Shown here: in pieces, positions 13,717 to 26,229 of the stretch
How the letters are laid out: every line of letters begins with the position of its first letter
Numbering within the stretch: position 1 is the first letter of the stretch
Assembly (NCBI RefSeq): GCF_964204645.1
Contig: NC_134031.1
Span: 11,658,088-11,722,087 of the forward strand
From: Tubulanus polymorphus
Lineage: Eukaryota; Animalia; Nemertea
Reading direction: 5' to 3'
Length of the DNA: 64,000 nt
Position numbers and translations under genes: made by a program
Notes under the pieces: model-generated
Told to the model about the DNA's origin: nothing
What the model saw: the letters and a program-made list of their open reading frames with translations, nothing else
The model's database searches: none

Positions 13717-14624
13717 CTAGTAACTCTTTAGGTTAATACTAAATAGACTAGCTAGTTGAAGTTATGTAATTTTTATTCAAATCTTATCAAAATATAAAGT
13801 ATTCTCTTTTAAAAAGAAATATTAGATTTTGAAAAAAATTAAAATAGAAATAATGGCTAGTTAAAGATATGCAATTTTTAATTCTTAGGATTTAAAATAT
13901 CAGATAAGTCATTTTGGATTCTCGATAATAAATCCTCAAACTGAAAATCAATTCAACGAAACGCCTGGTGGAATAACTATTTCATAAACACATATATCTT
14001 ATTCTACAGTCAGTATCGATTTCAACATTCCAAACCCGGGCTTTTGTGCGGAATGCACAGCTGTCACTATAACCATTAACAACGACCGAATGACGCAATT
14101 GAAATTCCAGCAAACGTAATGCATTGAAAGTCTATACAGTATGGCTAAACTGCTACTGTCTCATGAGTTGAAATATCCGTAATTTCTGATTTCACATCCT
14201 TCCATATTCACTTTCATGACTCAAATAGCAATGGTCTTCTTGTTACGCGTAGCATTTTGTTATCTAAAAGATAAATATCTAGCGTAGAATAAAACTAACT
14301 TGAAGTTGTAGTTGTCAAATATAGATTAATACACTTAAACATGTTTAACGTTTCCCGGCGTCTTAATAACAACAAAAACAGTACTTACATTTAGAACTGT
14401 AAACTCCTAATTGTGTTTCTAGAGAGAAATCCTATGCGTTCCTATGCTTATGCACTGCGCGCTTATAACTGCCAGTTATTCACCAGCCAAACATTGTCTG
14501 TCTGAGCAACAGGTGTTCTTTTATGATGAAATTAATTAATTCTTTTCAACAGAGCACGTTCGATCAATATTCAAATGAAGTACTACTCCCCATTCAACTG
14601 AATTTATAACATGCGACACAGATG

Positions 14625-15391
14625 TTAGTAAAATTGCATAGGCAGTTTGACATACATCGAGAGTTTCCGGTTTTCTATACGTTTATATTCAACGTATTTT
14701 TCATTATGTATTGAGTTCCATAATTCAACAAATGTCTTTGCTTTATCCAGTTGATCTAAATATAATTTCATTTCTAGTTTGTTACCTTTCCTAATATTTT
14801 CAACTTTTTCTAAAGGTCTTAAGTTTTTCCAGCTCCATATTAACTTCAAATTGTATTCATCATTCATGTTAAATTTAGATATTGGTAACACATGATCAAT
14901 ATGAAAGTATTCACCATAGTTTTTTTCATTCATTTTATCGTCGAATTGATATATTATCCATTATTTGAGAAATTCATCTGAACACCCCAATAAATTAGAT
15001 AGTGTGGCTGAATGCGTTCTTTACTGAATAATTTTGTTAATCTAGAACTTAAACATTGTTTCAATTTAAAATTAAGATCCGTTTTATATCTTTCTTTTTG
15101 GTAATTATTTTGATACTCATTATAATGTTCTCTATTATCTTTTTTCCAATCTCTTAAATATTCTGGGTTATCATTTCGCTATTCCTTTTGATAATCTGGA
15201 TTATTTGCTCGGTATTGCTTATTCATTTCTTTAACTCAAGTTCTACAATAACGTTGCTTACCATCTTTCTGGGTTTTATCTTTGTATTATTCTGATGATT
15301 GTTTATTCAATTCACATTTTGAACATTTCTTATGATAAATATTAACAACACTATTTGTAATATTGATAGTTTGTGATTGTGTACTTTCCAT
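14625..15391 (-). pseudogene. HNH endonuclease of the giant-virus/phage type, with N-terminal CxxC
   Basis: KKCSKC...YC at the N-terminus, then NYGEYFHIDHVLPISKF...WKNLRPLEKVENIRKGNK. Internal stops and a frameshift. Confidence 0.75.
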
Positions 15392-15416
15392 TTATGATAC
15401 ATATTTTTAATAAAAA

Positions 15417-18062
15417 TTAACATGTAATAATCCTGTTCATTATTTCCTTTTCTTTCTCTTCTTCTCTTTTAAATTTTAAGTATTCTTCTAAATTGCAACC
15501 ATACGCGACTGTATGAATTCCATCATCTTTTCTATTTCTTCAATAAACATCTCGTGGTACTCAGATCTTAAACATTTCATCTTGTGTTTTCTAACTTCTT
15601 CATTGAATATACAATTGAACTACACTTTTGGTTATTCCTTTTAACTTTTTAGCTTCATGAGTTTTGGTTTAATATGAATACATTTTAGATCTAATGCCTA
15701 TAAATTCAATCATTTCCTCACCACCTAATTCATCATTAAACTTCCCTGGCACCTTTTTATTATCATTGCTAAACAATTTATGATCTTTTGGGTAATTACT
15801 AAAGTTGAAATGATGTTTTAATGTTTTTAAATCATCTGTTATGTTATTACTTTTAATCTTTAATATGTAACTGTCAGTATCAAAATATAAGATTTCTATA
15901 TGCTTCTCTCCAAAATGAGGTTTATAATAGAATTCATACATCAATAATTTTGATATTTCTAAAACTGAAGCACCAACATAAATTGGTTTATTGAATTTCA
16001 TAGAAGTTCTTCTCATTTTAACAGCGGCTAAATTTTTATCAAATATTCTGTTAACAATAAATTTAGGATATGTTTGTAGATGTCTAATTCTTTTACCATT
16101 GCTCACCAACTCAAAATCATTTCTATTTCTAATATTTTCAATTTTTTATTTATTCATTAACTTGAAGTAATCTTTTTCGAAATCAGTTTTAGCTTTAGTT
16201 CTCTGTTTGGTGTCAAAATCTATATATTTTTCTAACCATTTAGATTTTTGACTGAATGAAATATACCTATGTACTTTTTTTAGAATCAATCCTTGATTCA
16301 AATAAAACTTCAACATTCTATAATGTACTACATAATTATATTTATCTTCCTGAGTTACCATTAACTTTTCTGTACGAATATCATTTTCGGGTTTAATTCT
16401 TTTTTGATAATTTAATAATTCTTCATGTGTTACAGTTTTATGTTCGGGGCAGTAAACTAGATTCCTTGATTTGAATTTTTTATCTTCAGGATATTCCAAG
16501 TCTACAACAAAGAAGTAACCAGTATCTGAATCATCTGCAATATCTAGAATTCTTTTCTTCCAATCAAATTTATCATTATTTTCATGTTGTAAAACTTCAT
16601 TTATTTCAAATACTCCATAAGGCTGAGGCTCCATCATTGCCCAACCATATAGATTATTTGCATCTATATATAATAACTTATATCCAGGATGATCATTTAC
16701 ATTGAAATATCTATCGCCTAATACACTCGAAACTCCTTCTCTTATAGATTTTTCAAATAATAATAATTGATTTATATTTGTGAACAAATCCAATTTTATA
16801 TCTGTGAATTTTAAACCACAATCCCAAGTTAAACCTGGACTAGAATAACAATGACATGGATCAATATTGAAATATTTTAGATTTACATCTCTAAACCTTT
16901 CAAATATATCCGATAATAATAATACATCTGATTTTAGATATAAATCTACTAATTGTCCATGATTTTTTATTCCTAAATTGATTCCAAATATTCAATGTTT
17001 TATTATGGACTTCATCTTTAACATATTCATTTTTTAATTCATCATAGAATTGTTCTATTAATAATTCAGTTATATTAAAATCATTATGATTTTTATAAAA
17101 TGAATATGGAATTGCTCCTTTATAACTCATTAATTGAAAATCATCATTATTTGGATAGTGTTGCTTTAATATTTCTAATTCATCATCAACTAATGATTTT
17201 TATAAATTATCTAATGAACTGCTTAAAAATTATATAATAATATAATTCTCAGATGTTTTAGCTAACACTTTAAATTTATAAGTTGGTATTTTAGCAACAT
17301 CTTTTGATCTATTTGAATTTAATCTTTCAATTTCATTATTGATTTCTTCTATTTTATGACATAACTGTTTGAAAAATAAATGGGCATCATACACTGATAA
17401 ATTATGAAATACAACTGGAACAAAATTGATTTTCTTAGCTTGTAAGTTACAATTCTCATGCGCCGCACCTCTAAACTTTCCATTCAAATGATCATGGTCA
17501 CTAACTTTTTTATCTTTTAGATTAAATGTCTTTTCACAATAAAAACATTTATCTGCAAACTCAAATTCTTCTTTATCTTCTTCTGTCATAATCATTTCTT
17601 TTCTTTCATTTAACTTTTCATTAAATTTTATTTCATACTCAATTAATAAGTCACAAAAATGATTGATCACATTTTCATTTCTGCAATTATGATATTCACT
17701 TTTAATTAGTTCTGGATAATCAGTTTTTATATAATCAAAAAGCTTCAGCTGATTGATGAATCTTTTTAATATTAAAGGATCTGAATAATCAATTACATCA
17801 TTTTCATTAGAATTTAATTTCTTTCTTTTATAATATATTTCTTTTCTATCTTGGTCAGTTAATTCTTTATTTAATGATTCAAAATCTCCTTATATTACAA
17901 ATGGTACTTTATTTTTGTAATCATATTTTTTGAATTCTAATATTTCATCCTTTTCATTTGGTAAAACTATTTTACAATAATCATGATTATCTCACAATCG
18001 TTTATGATTTAATAATGCACTTTCAGTTCTGAATTTAGTTATACATTTTCTACATAGATATA
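15417..18062 (-). pseudogene. pPolB of P3, 3' part, intein-free
   Basis: YIDANNLYG, YFDTDSY and SDHDH...AHENCN; several frameshifts. Confidence 0.9.
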
Positions 18063-18458
18063 TGTTGCCGGGCTGTTTATTCGGCGGTATAGTTGATAGC
18101 CTCCGTTCGGTGCTGCCACCTTCATGGTCTGCATATAGTTTGAAGTCTTGACGGGAACAGTGTTAGTTTGTTGGCGGTCGCCTTCCAGGCAACCACTCTG
18201 TGAAATATATGTTGATGTGATTTACACTGTTCCCGCAGGTAAGAAAGCTTCGTATGATTCTGACTTAATTATTTATCATGTGTAATATTTATTGGTTAGT
18301 TTGTTGGCGGTCGCCTTCCAACAACCACTCTGTGAAATATATGTTGATGTGATTTACACTGTTCCCGCAGGTCTTTCGTTGTTGTTTAATGTTGGTTGGT
18401 GGAGTGGACCTCCGGACAGACGAGGCATATACAGGATTTACAAGAAAGCCCCGTCACA
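18063..18458 (+). repeat. 5' LTR
   Basis: TGTTGCCG...CCGTCACA; about six differences from the 3' LTR. Confidence 0.97.
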
Positions 18459-18460
18459 TT

Positions 18461-18477
18461 TGGCACCCTCGATGGGA
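18461..18477 (+). promoter_or_regulatory. Primer-binding site (probably tRNA-Arg)
   Basis: TGGCACCCTCGATGGGA two bases after the 5' LTR; resembles the complement of tRNA-Arg(CCT) 3' ends. Confidence 0.65.
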
Positions 18478-19442
18478 TTGGGAAGGTCATCACTACACCG
18501 GAAGATACGTGGATCTACAATTTGCGTTTGGAAAGCGCGGGAACGTCTAGTGCGGTGACATCGCGATACGCAGAATAGTGCGGAGATTTTGTCGAACCTA
18601 AATTGGGTACGCCGGTTGAGATATATGTATAGTGTTAAATTGTGATCTGGAGTTCTGGAATTCGGTGCAGTTTGAAATTGGAAAATATTGTTTCTATCGC
18701 TGCGGTTGGATCGTCGAGCAACGGATCGGAGCTCGAGTCGTCGTTGATATTGACACGGTTACAATAGGATCGTTCAGTCGTATTCGAATCGTCGCACCGT
18801 GTATTTTTGTCGTGTTTCTTGTGCCGTGTTAAGCTGATATTTGCGAATTTAATTCAGCCGGCGTGAAATAAAACAATCATTTTCTGACTCTTTTGTCAGG
18901 TTGCTAGAGCAGTGCGCGTTCGTCGTGACAGGTGAAAACTCTTTAATTCTGCTTATTAATATAAGTTTTGCTTTATTCAGTTGATTTCCAATTCTACGCT
19001 GGGTTTCAGTGTGATTTCAATTTATTTTGCTTTTTGTTCGCTTGATTGCGGAAGTCGCAAAGCGGTGGTTGAATGCTTATTTTTGTGCTAGATAGCTAGG
19101 AAACGGAGCGTTAATTGCTCGTTTATTCGTCTATTTATTATTCATTTATTTATTTATTTATTATTATTATTATTTTTTTTGTTTTTTTTTGTTTTTTGTT
19201 TTTGTTTTTTTTTTGTTGCTTATTTGTTGTAATTGTTCGCATTGATTTTTGCACGTGCATCTTGTGATTAAAGACAAGTTTCTATTTTGCTTTTCTTTTG
19301 TGTGCATGTAAACTGAGGAATCAGTTATTCGGTGTATTAATTTTATGTTTAATTTTTCTGGGTACTGGAAACAGGTAGTTTTGGTTGTATGTTACGTACC
19401 TGTATTATTTACGTGGTGTTGTTGCGTATGCAGTACTTGAAA

Positions 19443-20318
19443 ATGGCATTTCACGAGAAGGTTGTTATTATTTCGGGGATAGGGTCTCATTATACGGCAA
19501 ATGATATAAGGGTAGCTTTCCAGAGTTTCCCCGTGGTAGCTGTACACGGCTCAGCGGTAGAGGGGTTTTATGTGCTTTTTCCTTCCGGATGCGTGGCGAG
19601 CCAAGCGATGGCATTTTTCAATTCGCAAGCGCAAAGTACCAACCTTGAGCAGGGGGGAGCTATGTGTGCGGCTTTTGCAAAAAGAGAACAAGAAAAGTTT
19701 CTTTTTCGTGTTTTTAATGGGGTAGAAGATGGGGAACTACGTCAGGTGACGGTTTAGGAAAATGAAAATAAACCTGATTTTAAAAATGACGTGACTTTTA
19801 ACACGGTTTATAAAGCTATTGGAGAATTGGACGAGGAGGACCAGCAGCGTCTAGTTCATGAGCTGATTAGCAGGGGAAAGTCCTCCCAACCTTGTAACCT
19901 TCTAAGTTCTACTCCAGTTAAGCAGCCGCTTCCCGGTTTGTCTTTTAATTTACAGCCACAACGGGTCGAGAAAACTTTCGCCATTCAAGCGCCCAGGTAA
20001 GGTACTTTTTCTGGCGAGAGTGTCTCCAAAGGAGACCTTACCTTTAGGCAGTGGAAGCTTGAGGTTCAAGCGCTGCTACGAGACGAAAGTTATGGTCAGG
20101 GTTCGATTCTTCAAGCCATGCGCAGATCCCTCAGAGGGGATGCTGTGGCTGTTCTGTTTAATTGTGGTCCGAACGCGGATGTATCCACCATTCTAGAGAG
20201 GATGGCTCTTGTTTTGGGGGAAGTCCTTTCGGTAGAGGAAGGCTTAGCCCAGTTTTATATGATGTCGCAGAAGGCGGACGAGTCAGTGGCTCAGTGGTCT
20301 TGTAGGCTTGAGGATGTA
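19443..20318 (+). pseudogene. gag: Gypsy gag, 5' part (PNMA-like)
   Basis: FSGE...FRQWKLEV...MRRSLRGDA...FYMMSQKADESVAQWSCRLEDV; in-frame stops; interrupted by P2. Confidence 0.85.
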
Positions 20319-20784
20319 AGTAATAGGGGTAATAGGCTTTCAAATCAAAGGTCGAACGGTCGAGTTCATTAAAAAACAAATTATTAAAAGTAATTTAAAA
20401 CTATAATATATTTTTATAACCGTGTGCATTTCATATTATAACTAAATATTTATTCTAAGATATTAATAATTTTAATTTTAAAAGCATATTGTATTAAATC
20501 AACTGGTCGCTCCGCTTCGCTACCGCTCCGCTCCGCGACCAATTGATTTATTTACAATACACAAATTCATATAATCAAATATATTTTAATAATTATAATT
20601 ATTCTATTATTCAACTGAAATGCACACGGTTATGAAAATATATTATAGTTTTAAATTGCTATTACCCCTATTACTCTTAAAATAATCATATACATGAATA
20701 ACATTTAAATTGACAGATTATTCAATATAAAAGTGTAAGCTCTTATAGAATAGATATATAGATATATTTACAACATTATTTCAA
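20319..20784 (+). repeat. Left TIR of P2 (contains palindrome 20319-20675)
   Basis: Reverse complement of 41405-41925 apart from a ~55-bp deletion. Confidence 0.92.
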
Positions 20785-21923
20785 AACCGGTTACTCTCGA
20801 TCTATGTCAAACCGCCTATATGTAATTGTATTAGGTTGTTTACAAAAGCATCTGTCGCACGTTATATTCAGTTGAATGGGGTGTACCTCATTTGAATATT
20901 GATCGAATGTGCTATTTCAGTTGAAAAGGATTAATCAATTACATCACAAAGGAACATCTGTTGCACAGACAGTGTTTAGCAAGTGAATAACTGGCAGTTA
21001 TAAGCGCGCAGCACATAAGCATAGGAACGTATAGAATATTCTCTCTATAAACACAATTTTAGGAGTTTACAGTTATAAATGTAAGTACTGTTTTTGTTGT
21101 TATTAAGGAGTTGGGAAACGTTAAACTTGTAAAACTTACCCTGGTAAGATGCGCCACAAATGGCTATGTTTAAGTGCTGTAATTAATATTTTACAACTAC
21201 AACTTCAAGTTAGTTTTATTCTACGCTAGATATTTATCTTTTAGATAACAAAATGAAGACCATTTGAATCAAGAAAGTGAAGATGGATGGATGTGGAATC
21301 AGAAATTATGGATATTTCAACTCATGAGACTGTAGCCGTTTAGCCATACTGTATAGGCTTTCAATGCATTACGTTTGTCGGAATTTCAATTGCGTCATTA
21401 AGCTGTTGTTAATGACACACAGTGACAGATGTTGTATTATACTTTATTGATTCCTGCATTCCACGCATACCTTACCGCTCCTCTCAGGAGCGGCTTGGAA
21501 TGTGGAAATCGATAATGATTGTAGAATAAAATATATATGTGTTTATGAAATAGTATTTCCACCAGTCGTTTCTTTGAATTTATTTTCAGTTTTAGGATTT
21601 ATTATCGAGAATCCGAAATGACTTATCTGGACAGTTATAATTACTGCTCCTAATAGATAGACAATAGTAGTGAGATATTAAATCCTAATTTAAATAAAAT
21701 ATAATAAAAAAAACAATAACTTCAACTAGCTAGTGAATTCTATAATATTTTTAATATTTTCTTTTCAAAAGAGAATACTTTATATCACAAATAAAAAATA
21801 CTAAAAAACAATAACTAATACTAAAATTCTTTACCTTTAACTAAGTTAGTATTAATCTAAAGAGATACTGGTATCATTTTATAATACTTATAATATTTTT
21901 CTTATTAAATTTCTCTAATATAA

Positions 21924-22526
21924 ATGTCAAAGAAATCGAGTAAGAATAGTATTGATATTGAAAAAACATTAGATGATTTGGGTATTAGTGATAATAAGGA
22001 TCCAGTTGTTTCTAATTCTATTCAAGCTAATTGTAATATAGATTTTGAATACTATTTATATTGTAAGCATCATCTTGAATTATTAATTGCTGGCGGGAAA
22101 TCTAAGGATTTCTTGGGAAAAATTTTAACTTATCAAGAACTAGATGCTATGAAACCCGATAAAGTAATAAAATATTTTAAGATTTATGAAGAAGCTAGAT
22201 TAGCTAGAATAAATGATTCTATTTCAGATGGTATTGTCAAATGTTATTCTAAGTTATGTAACCAGTTAATACCAATTGATGATGAAAATAAATTATATAG
22301 TGATTTGAAAAATGACTATTTAGTTATGACTGAATTACAAAAATGGGTTGGTTATGCTTCATTCCAATTAGGATCGGTTATGACATTAATTTCTACTGGT
22401 GTCATAACATTTTCGAAAATCAAACCTATGGAATATAAATCAGGTAAGAACGAAACAGATGTACTACAACCAAACGTCGAAACAGAAAATGAATCAGAAC
22501 AAAAATTAACTAAAATAAATGAGTGA
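21924..22526 (+). CDS. Conserved Polinton hypothetical protein (200 aa)
   Basis: Intact ORF with TAAATG start and a GGKSKDFLGK...LYSDLKND pattern, upstream of the integrase. Confidence 0.7.
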   Translation: MSKKSSKNSIDIEKTLDDLGISDNKDPVVSNSIQANCNIDFEYYLYCKHHLELLIAGGKSKDFLGKILTYQELDAMKPDKVIKYFKIYEEARLARINDSISDGIVKCYSKLCNQLIPIDDENKLYSDLKNDYLVMTELQKWVGYASFQLGSVMTLISTGVITFSKIKPMEYKSGKNETDVLQPNVETENESEQKLTKINE

Positions 22527-22889
22527 TGGCGTTAAGAAAAAGCCTAGATCCGAGAAACAAATTAAATGGGCAAGAGAATTAGGTAAAAGATCTGCAGAAT
22601 TAAAAAAGCTAAGAAAAAGAAATTAACTGATATAAATGAATCACAGACTTTATCTGATATTGATTCAAATAACAATCCATCTAATTCTTCTAATGCTGGA
22701 AGTAATAATTACTTATATATTACAATTGGATTAGTAACAGTTATTATATTCTCTGGTGTAATATATAAATATAAGTATAAATCTGATTATAACAATAATG
22801 ATTCCCATGATAATAAACCTATCATACCAGAAAATAAGTCAAATCATAAAACCATTGAAACTAAATCTAAATTATTATTAATGGATTAA
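22519..22889 (+). pseudogene. Small basic protein with a predicted transmembrane segment, frameshifted
   Basis: TAAATG start; MSDGVKKKPRSEKQ... then YITIGLVTVIIFSGVIY in the shifted frame. Confidence 0.5.
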
Positions 22890-22895
22890 AAGAAG

Positions 22896-23987
22896 ATGAA
22901 AAAAGAACAATATTTAAGAGAGTTATATTATAACCCAGAAAGTGAAGTATCATATTCTTACGTTTCAGAACTACGGAATAAAATTAAATCTGATAATGAA
23001 AATAGTAATATAAAATATAGTGAACTAAGATTATGGTTACAAAATCAACCAACATATCAAATTCACAAGAAAATGGATAAAACTTATTTAACAAGAAAAG
23101 TTATGGTTTAATATATTGATCAACAATGGCACGCAGATTTAATTGACATGAAGAACTTAGAAGAATACAACAAAGGATATTTCTGGATACTGAATGTTAT
23201 AGACATATTCAGTAGATACGCATGGTCAATTCCAATCAAAAATAAAACTGGTATAGAAGTAACAAATGCTTTTAAGAATATATTTAAAGAAGCTATTCCA
23301 GATAAGATACAATTTGACGAAGGTAAAGAATTTTATAACAAACATTTCAAAAAACTATTATCTGATAACGATGTAGAATATTTTTCAACACATTCAGATA
23401 AAAAAGCATCTATTATAGAAAGATTTAATAAAACATTGAAAACTAGAATGTGGAAATATTTTACTGCTAATGAAACATATAAATATATCGATGTGTTAGA
23501 TGATTTAGTGAAAGGTTATAATAATTCTAAACATAGTTCTATAAATATGAAACCTATACAAGCTAGAAAAGAAGATAATTCAGAAATAGTTTGGAATAAT
23601 TTATATGGCGCGTTTGTTACACATGATTTCGGCGAACCTAAATTTAAAATAGGACAACACGTAAGAATATCTAAATATAGAAAAACTTTTTATAAAGGTT
23701 ATACCCCTAATTTTACAGAAGAAATATTCAAGATTAAAAAGATAATATTAACTAAACCTTTTGTTTATAAACTAGAAGATCTAAAAGATGAAGAAATATT
23801 AGGTTATTTCTATGAACAAGAATTATCACTTGTACCAAATCCAGATGAAATAGAATACAAAATAGAACAAGTATTGAAAACAAAAACTCTTAAAGGAAAA
23901 AAGTATTCTTTGGTGAAATATAAAGGATATGATGATAAATTTAATGAATGGATTTTATCTAGTAAAATTAAAAGAATAAATGAATAA
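22896..23987 (+). pseudogene. Retroviral-like (rve) integrase with C-terminal chromodomain, one frameshift near 23105
   Basis: QWHADLIDM, IDIFSRYAW, QFDEGKEF, IERFNKTLK; chromodomain YKIEQVL...LVKYKGYDDKFNEWI. Confidence 0.93.
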
Positions 23988-24589
23988 AGATTTATTTATA
24001 TTTGAACCGCATAATATGTTAGTTACTGGAGTAACCAATTGTGGTAAAACACATTTCATATTAGATTTGTTAGAAACTATTTATAAGAATCATTTTGATA
24101 ATATAATATTATTCTGCCCTACTTATGAAATGAATAAAACATATAATAGAGATATAGTTAAGATAAAAAAGTTTAATATATTAAATCCTAAAACAGTAAA
24201 AGAAAATTTAGATAATTGTATAAAAATAGCAATTGATACTTATAGGATCAAATACATTATTCATTGTAGATGATTGCGCAAATTTACATGATTCAAAAGT
24301 GAGAGAAAGTGAGATATGTTATCTAGCTTTCTCTGGGAGACATTTCGGGATAACAACATGGGTTTTAAATCAAAAATATAATTCAATTGTTAAGGACTTT
24401 AGGGAGAATATAAGATTTCTAGTTTTATTTTATAACAAAGATAGAAAATCTATGCAACAATCATTGGAAGAAAATCAAATTATACCTACTGAATTACATG
24501 ATGAATATATGAATAAATTAAAGAATAATAAAGGTTCAGAATTATTACTGAGACTACAATTTCCCTATGAATATAAATTTATAAAATAA
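23980..24589 (+). pseudogene. A32/FtsK-like genome-packaging ATPase, frameshifted
   Basis: Walker A GVTNCGKT, Walker B LFIVDD, GRHFGI motif. Confidence 0.9.
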
Positions 24590-24592
24590 AAT

Positions 24593-25033
24593 TTATAATT
24601 TGGAATATTATAGAAACTAATTTATATATCTATGTACTAGACGTACGAGTAAGAAAGTAAGATTCTTGCCAAGAAAGTAAGAAAGTAAGAATCTTGGTAA
24701 GAATTCTTACGTACGTCTAGTATATAGAGATATAAATTAGTTTTATAATAATTATTCTAAATTTAAATTATAAAAATGAATAAATTATATGTTTTCTCTT
24801 AATCAAAATAAAAATAGATTATATTATAACTATTTCTATACTTAGATTAATAATTTTATGTTTTTAATTTTTATGAAAACTAAATTATATATCTATGTAC
24901 TAGACGTACGAGTAAGAAAGTAAGATTCTTGCCAAGAAAGTAAGATTTCTTGGATTCTTGGATTCTTACCAAGATTCTTACGTACGTCTAGTATATAGTT
25001 ATATAAATTAGTTTTATGATAATTATTCTAATT
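24593..25033. repeat. Two tandem palindromes at the junction of convergent gene blocks
   Basis: Arms AAACTAA(T/A)TTATATATCTATGTACTAGACGTACG and its complement, around AAGAAAGT-type loops, at 24593-24775 and 24871-25033. Confidence 0.9.
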
Positions 25034-25419
25034 TTGTTTCTAATATATTTATAAAATCATCTCTGTTTATATCTAATTCATCAAAAGTCTTAGTCTTAAG
25101 GTAGATTTATTAATTTTAATTGAGCCATCTTAACATAATAATTAGTAGGTATATTAGCTTTTTCTCTTAATTTTTCTAAGTATTCATCAAAATCATCATA
25201 ATCAAAATCAAAATGATATCCAAAATTATCAGATAACTTAAATCTATTTTTCTAAAATATAATAATTTATATATTTGTTTAGGATTATCTTCTGCATAAG
25301 CTAATAATTTATCAAATAACAACTTATAGAATATATATTATTGGTTAGTTTTAGGATTAAAATATCTGATATATTTATTAAGGTTATTTAACAATGGTAT
25401 CATACTCACCATTTTATAA

Positions 25420-26197
25420 ACATTAATTAGATGTAACTTTGATGTATAATGAGTATTTTCATCAACAGGTTCAATTTTCTTATTACAATATTGACACGTT
25501 TTATTTCTTTCTATTTCTTCTAATTTCCTTTCATTTTCGATATGCGCTTGAGATTTTTATGTTTAGAAAAATTACTTTTAGAAATATCTTAATTACAAAT
25601 GTTACAATGTTTTTTAGAATCATCAATTGATTCATTATCATTAGTTTCAATTGTATCAACATTATCTGTTATATTATCTATGGTATCATTTGTTTCAATT
25701 GTATTAACATTATCTGTTATATTATATATGGTATCATTTGTTTCAATTGTATTAACATTATCTATGATATTATCTATTATATTATTATCAGATATATTAT
25801 TATCATTATTATTCTTTTCTTTTTCTATATGTTTATTTGATTTCTTATGTGATGCCCAATTTTTATATGATATATATTTCTTACATACATCACAATATTT
25901 TTCATTTGTCTTTATGGTTTTGATATCAGGTTCAATCTTATCATTATTAGATGTAGAAGGTATTACATTATTAGATGTAGTAGGTATTACATTATTAGAT
26001 GTAGAAGGTATTACATTACTTAAATTATCAACAACACCACATTTATTATTATCGATTTCTATTAGTTAAGTTTTATAAATTTTGAAAATAGGATCAAATA
26101 TCAAAGCTATATTACAAGGTATTACATAATATAAACTATCATTATTTTCATGTGTATCGATGTATGGAATATGTTTATATACTTTACCTCCTTCCAT
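25420..26197 (-). pseudogene. Zinc-finger protein with short tandem peptide repeats, degraded
   Basis: TAAATG start at 26197; NNVIP(S/T)TS x3; KYCDVCKKYISYKNWASHKKSNKH; ITDNVNTIETNDT-type repeats. Confidence 0.55.
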
Positions 26198-26229
26198 TTA
26201 TTATATAAATTTTTATTAAAGTTAAAATT

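Noticed and set aside
18292-18832. Short ORFs in the LTR and leader (also 47588-47797 and 46880-47209, considered as env)
   Set aside because: No domain motifs; they lie in LTR/UTR sequence and show no signal peptide or TM layout of an env gene.
25599-26069. 156-aa hydrophobic plus-strand ORF resembling a membrane protein
   Set aside because: Antisense shadow of the Asn/Asp-rich repeats of the minus-strand zinc-finger ORF.
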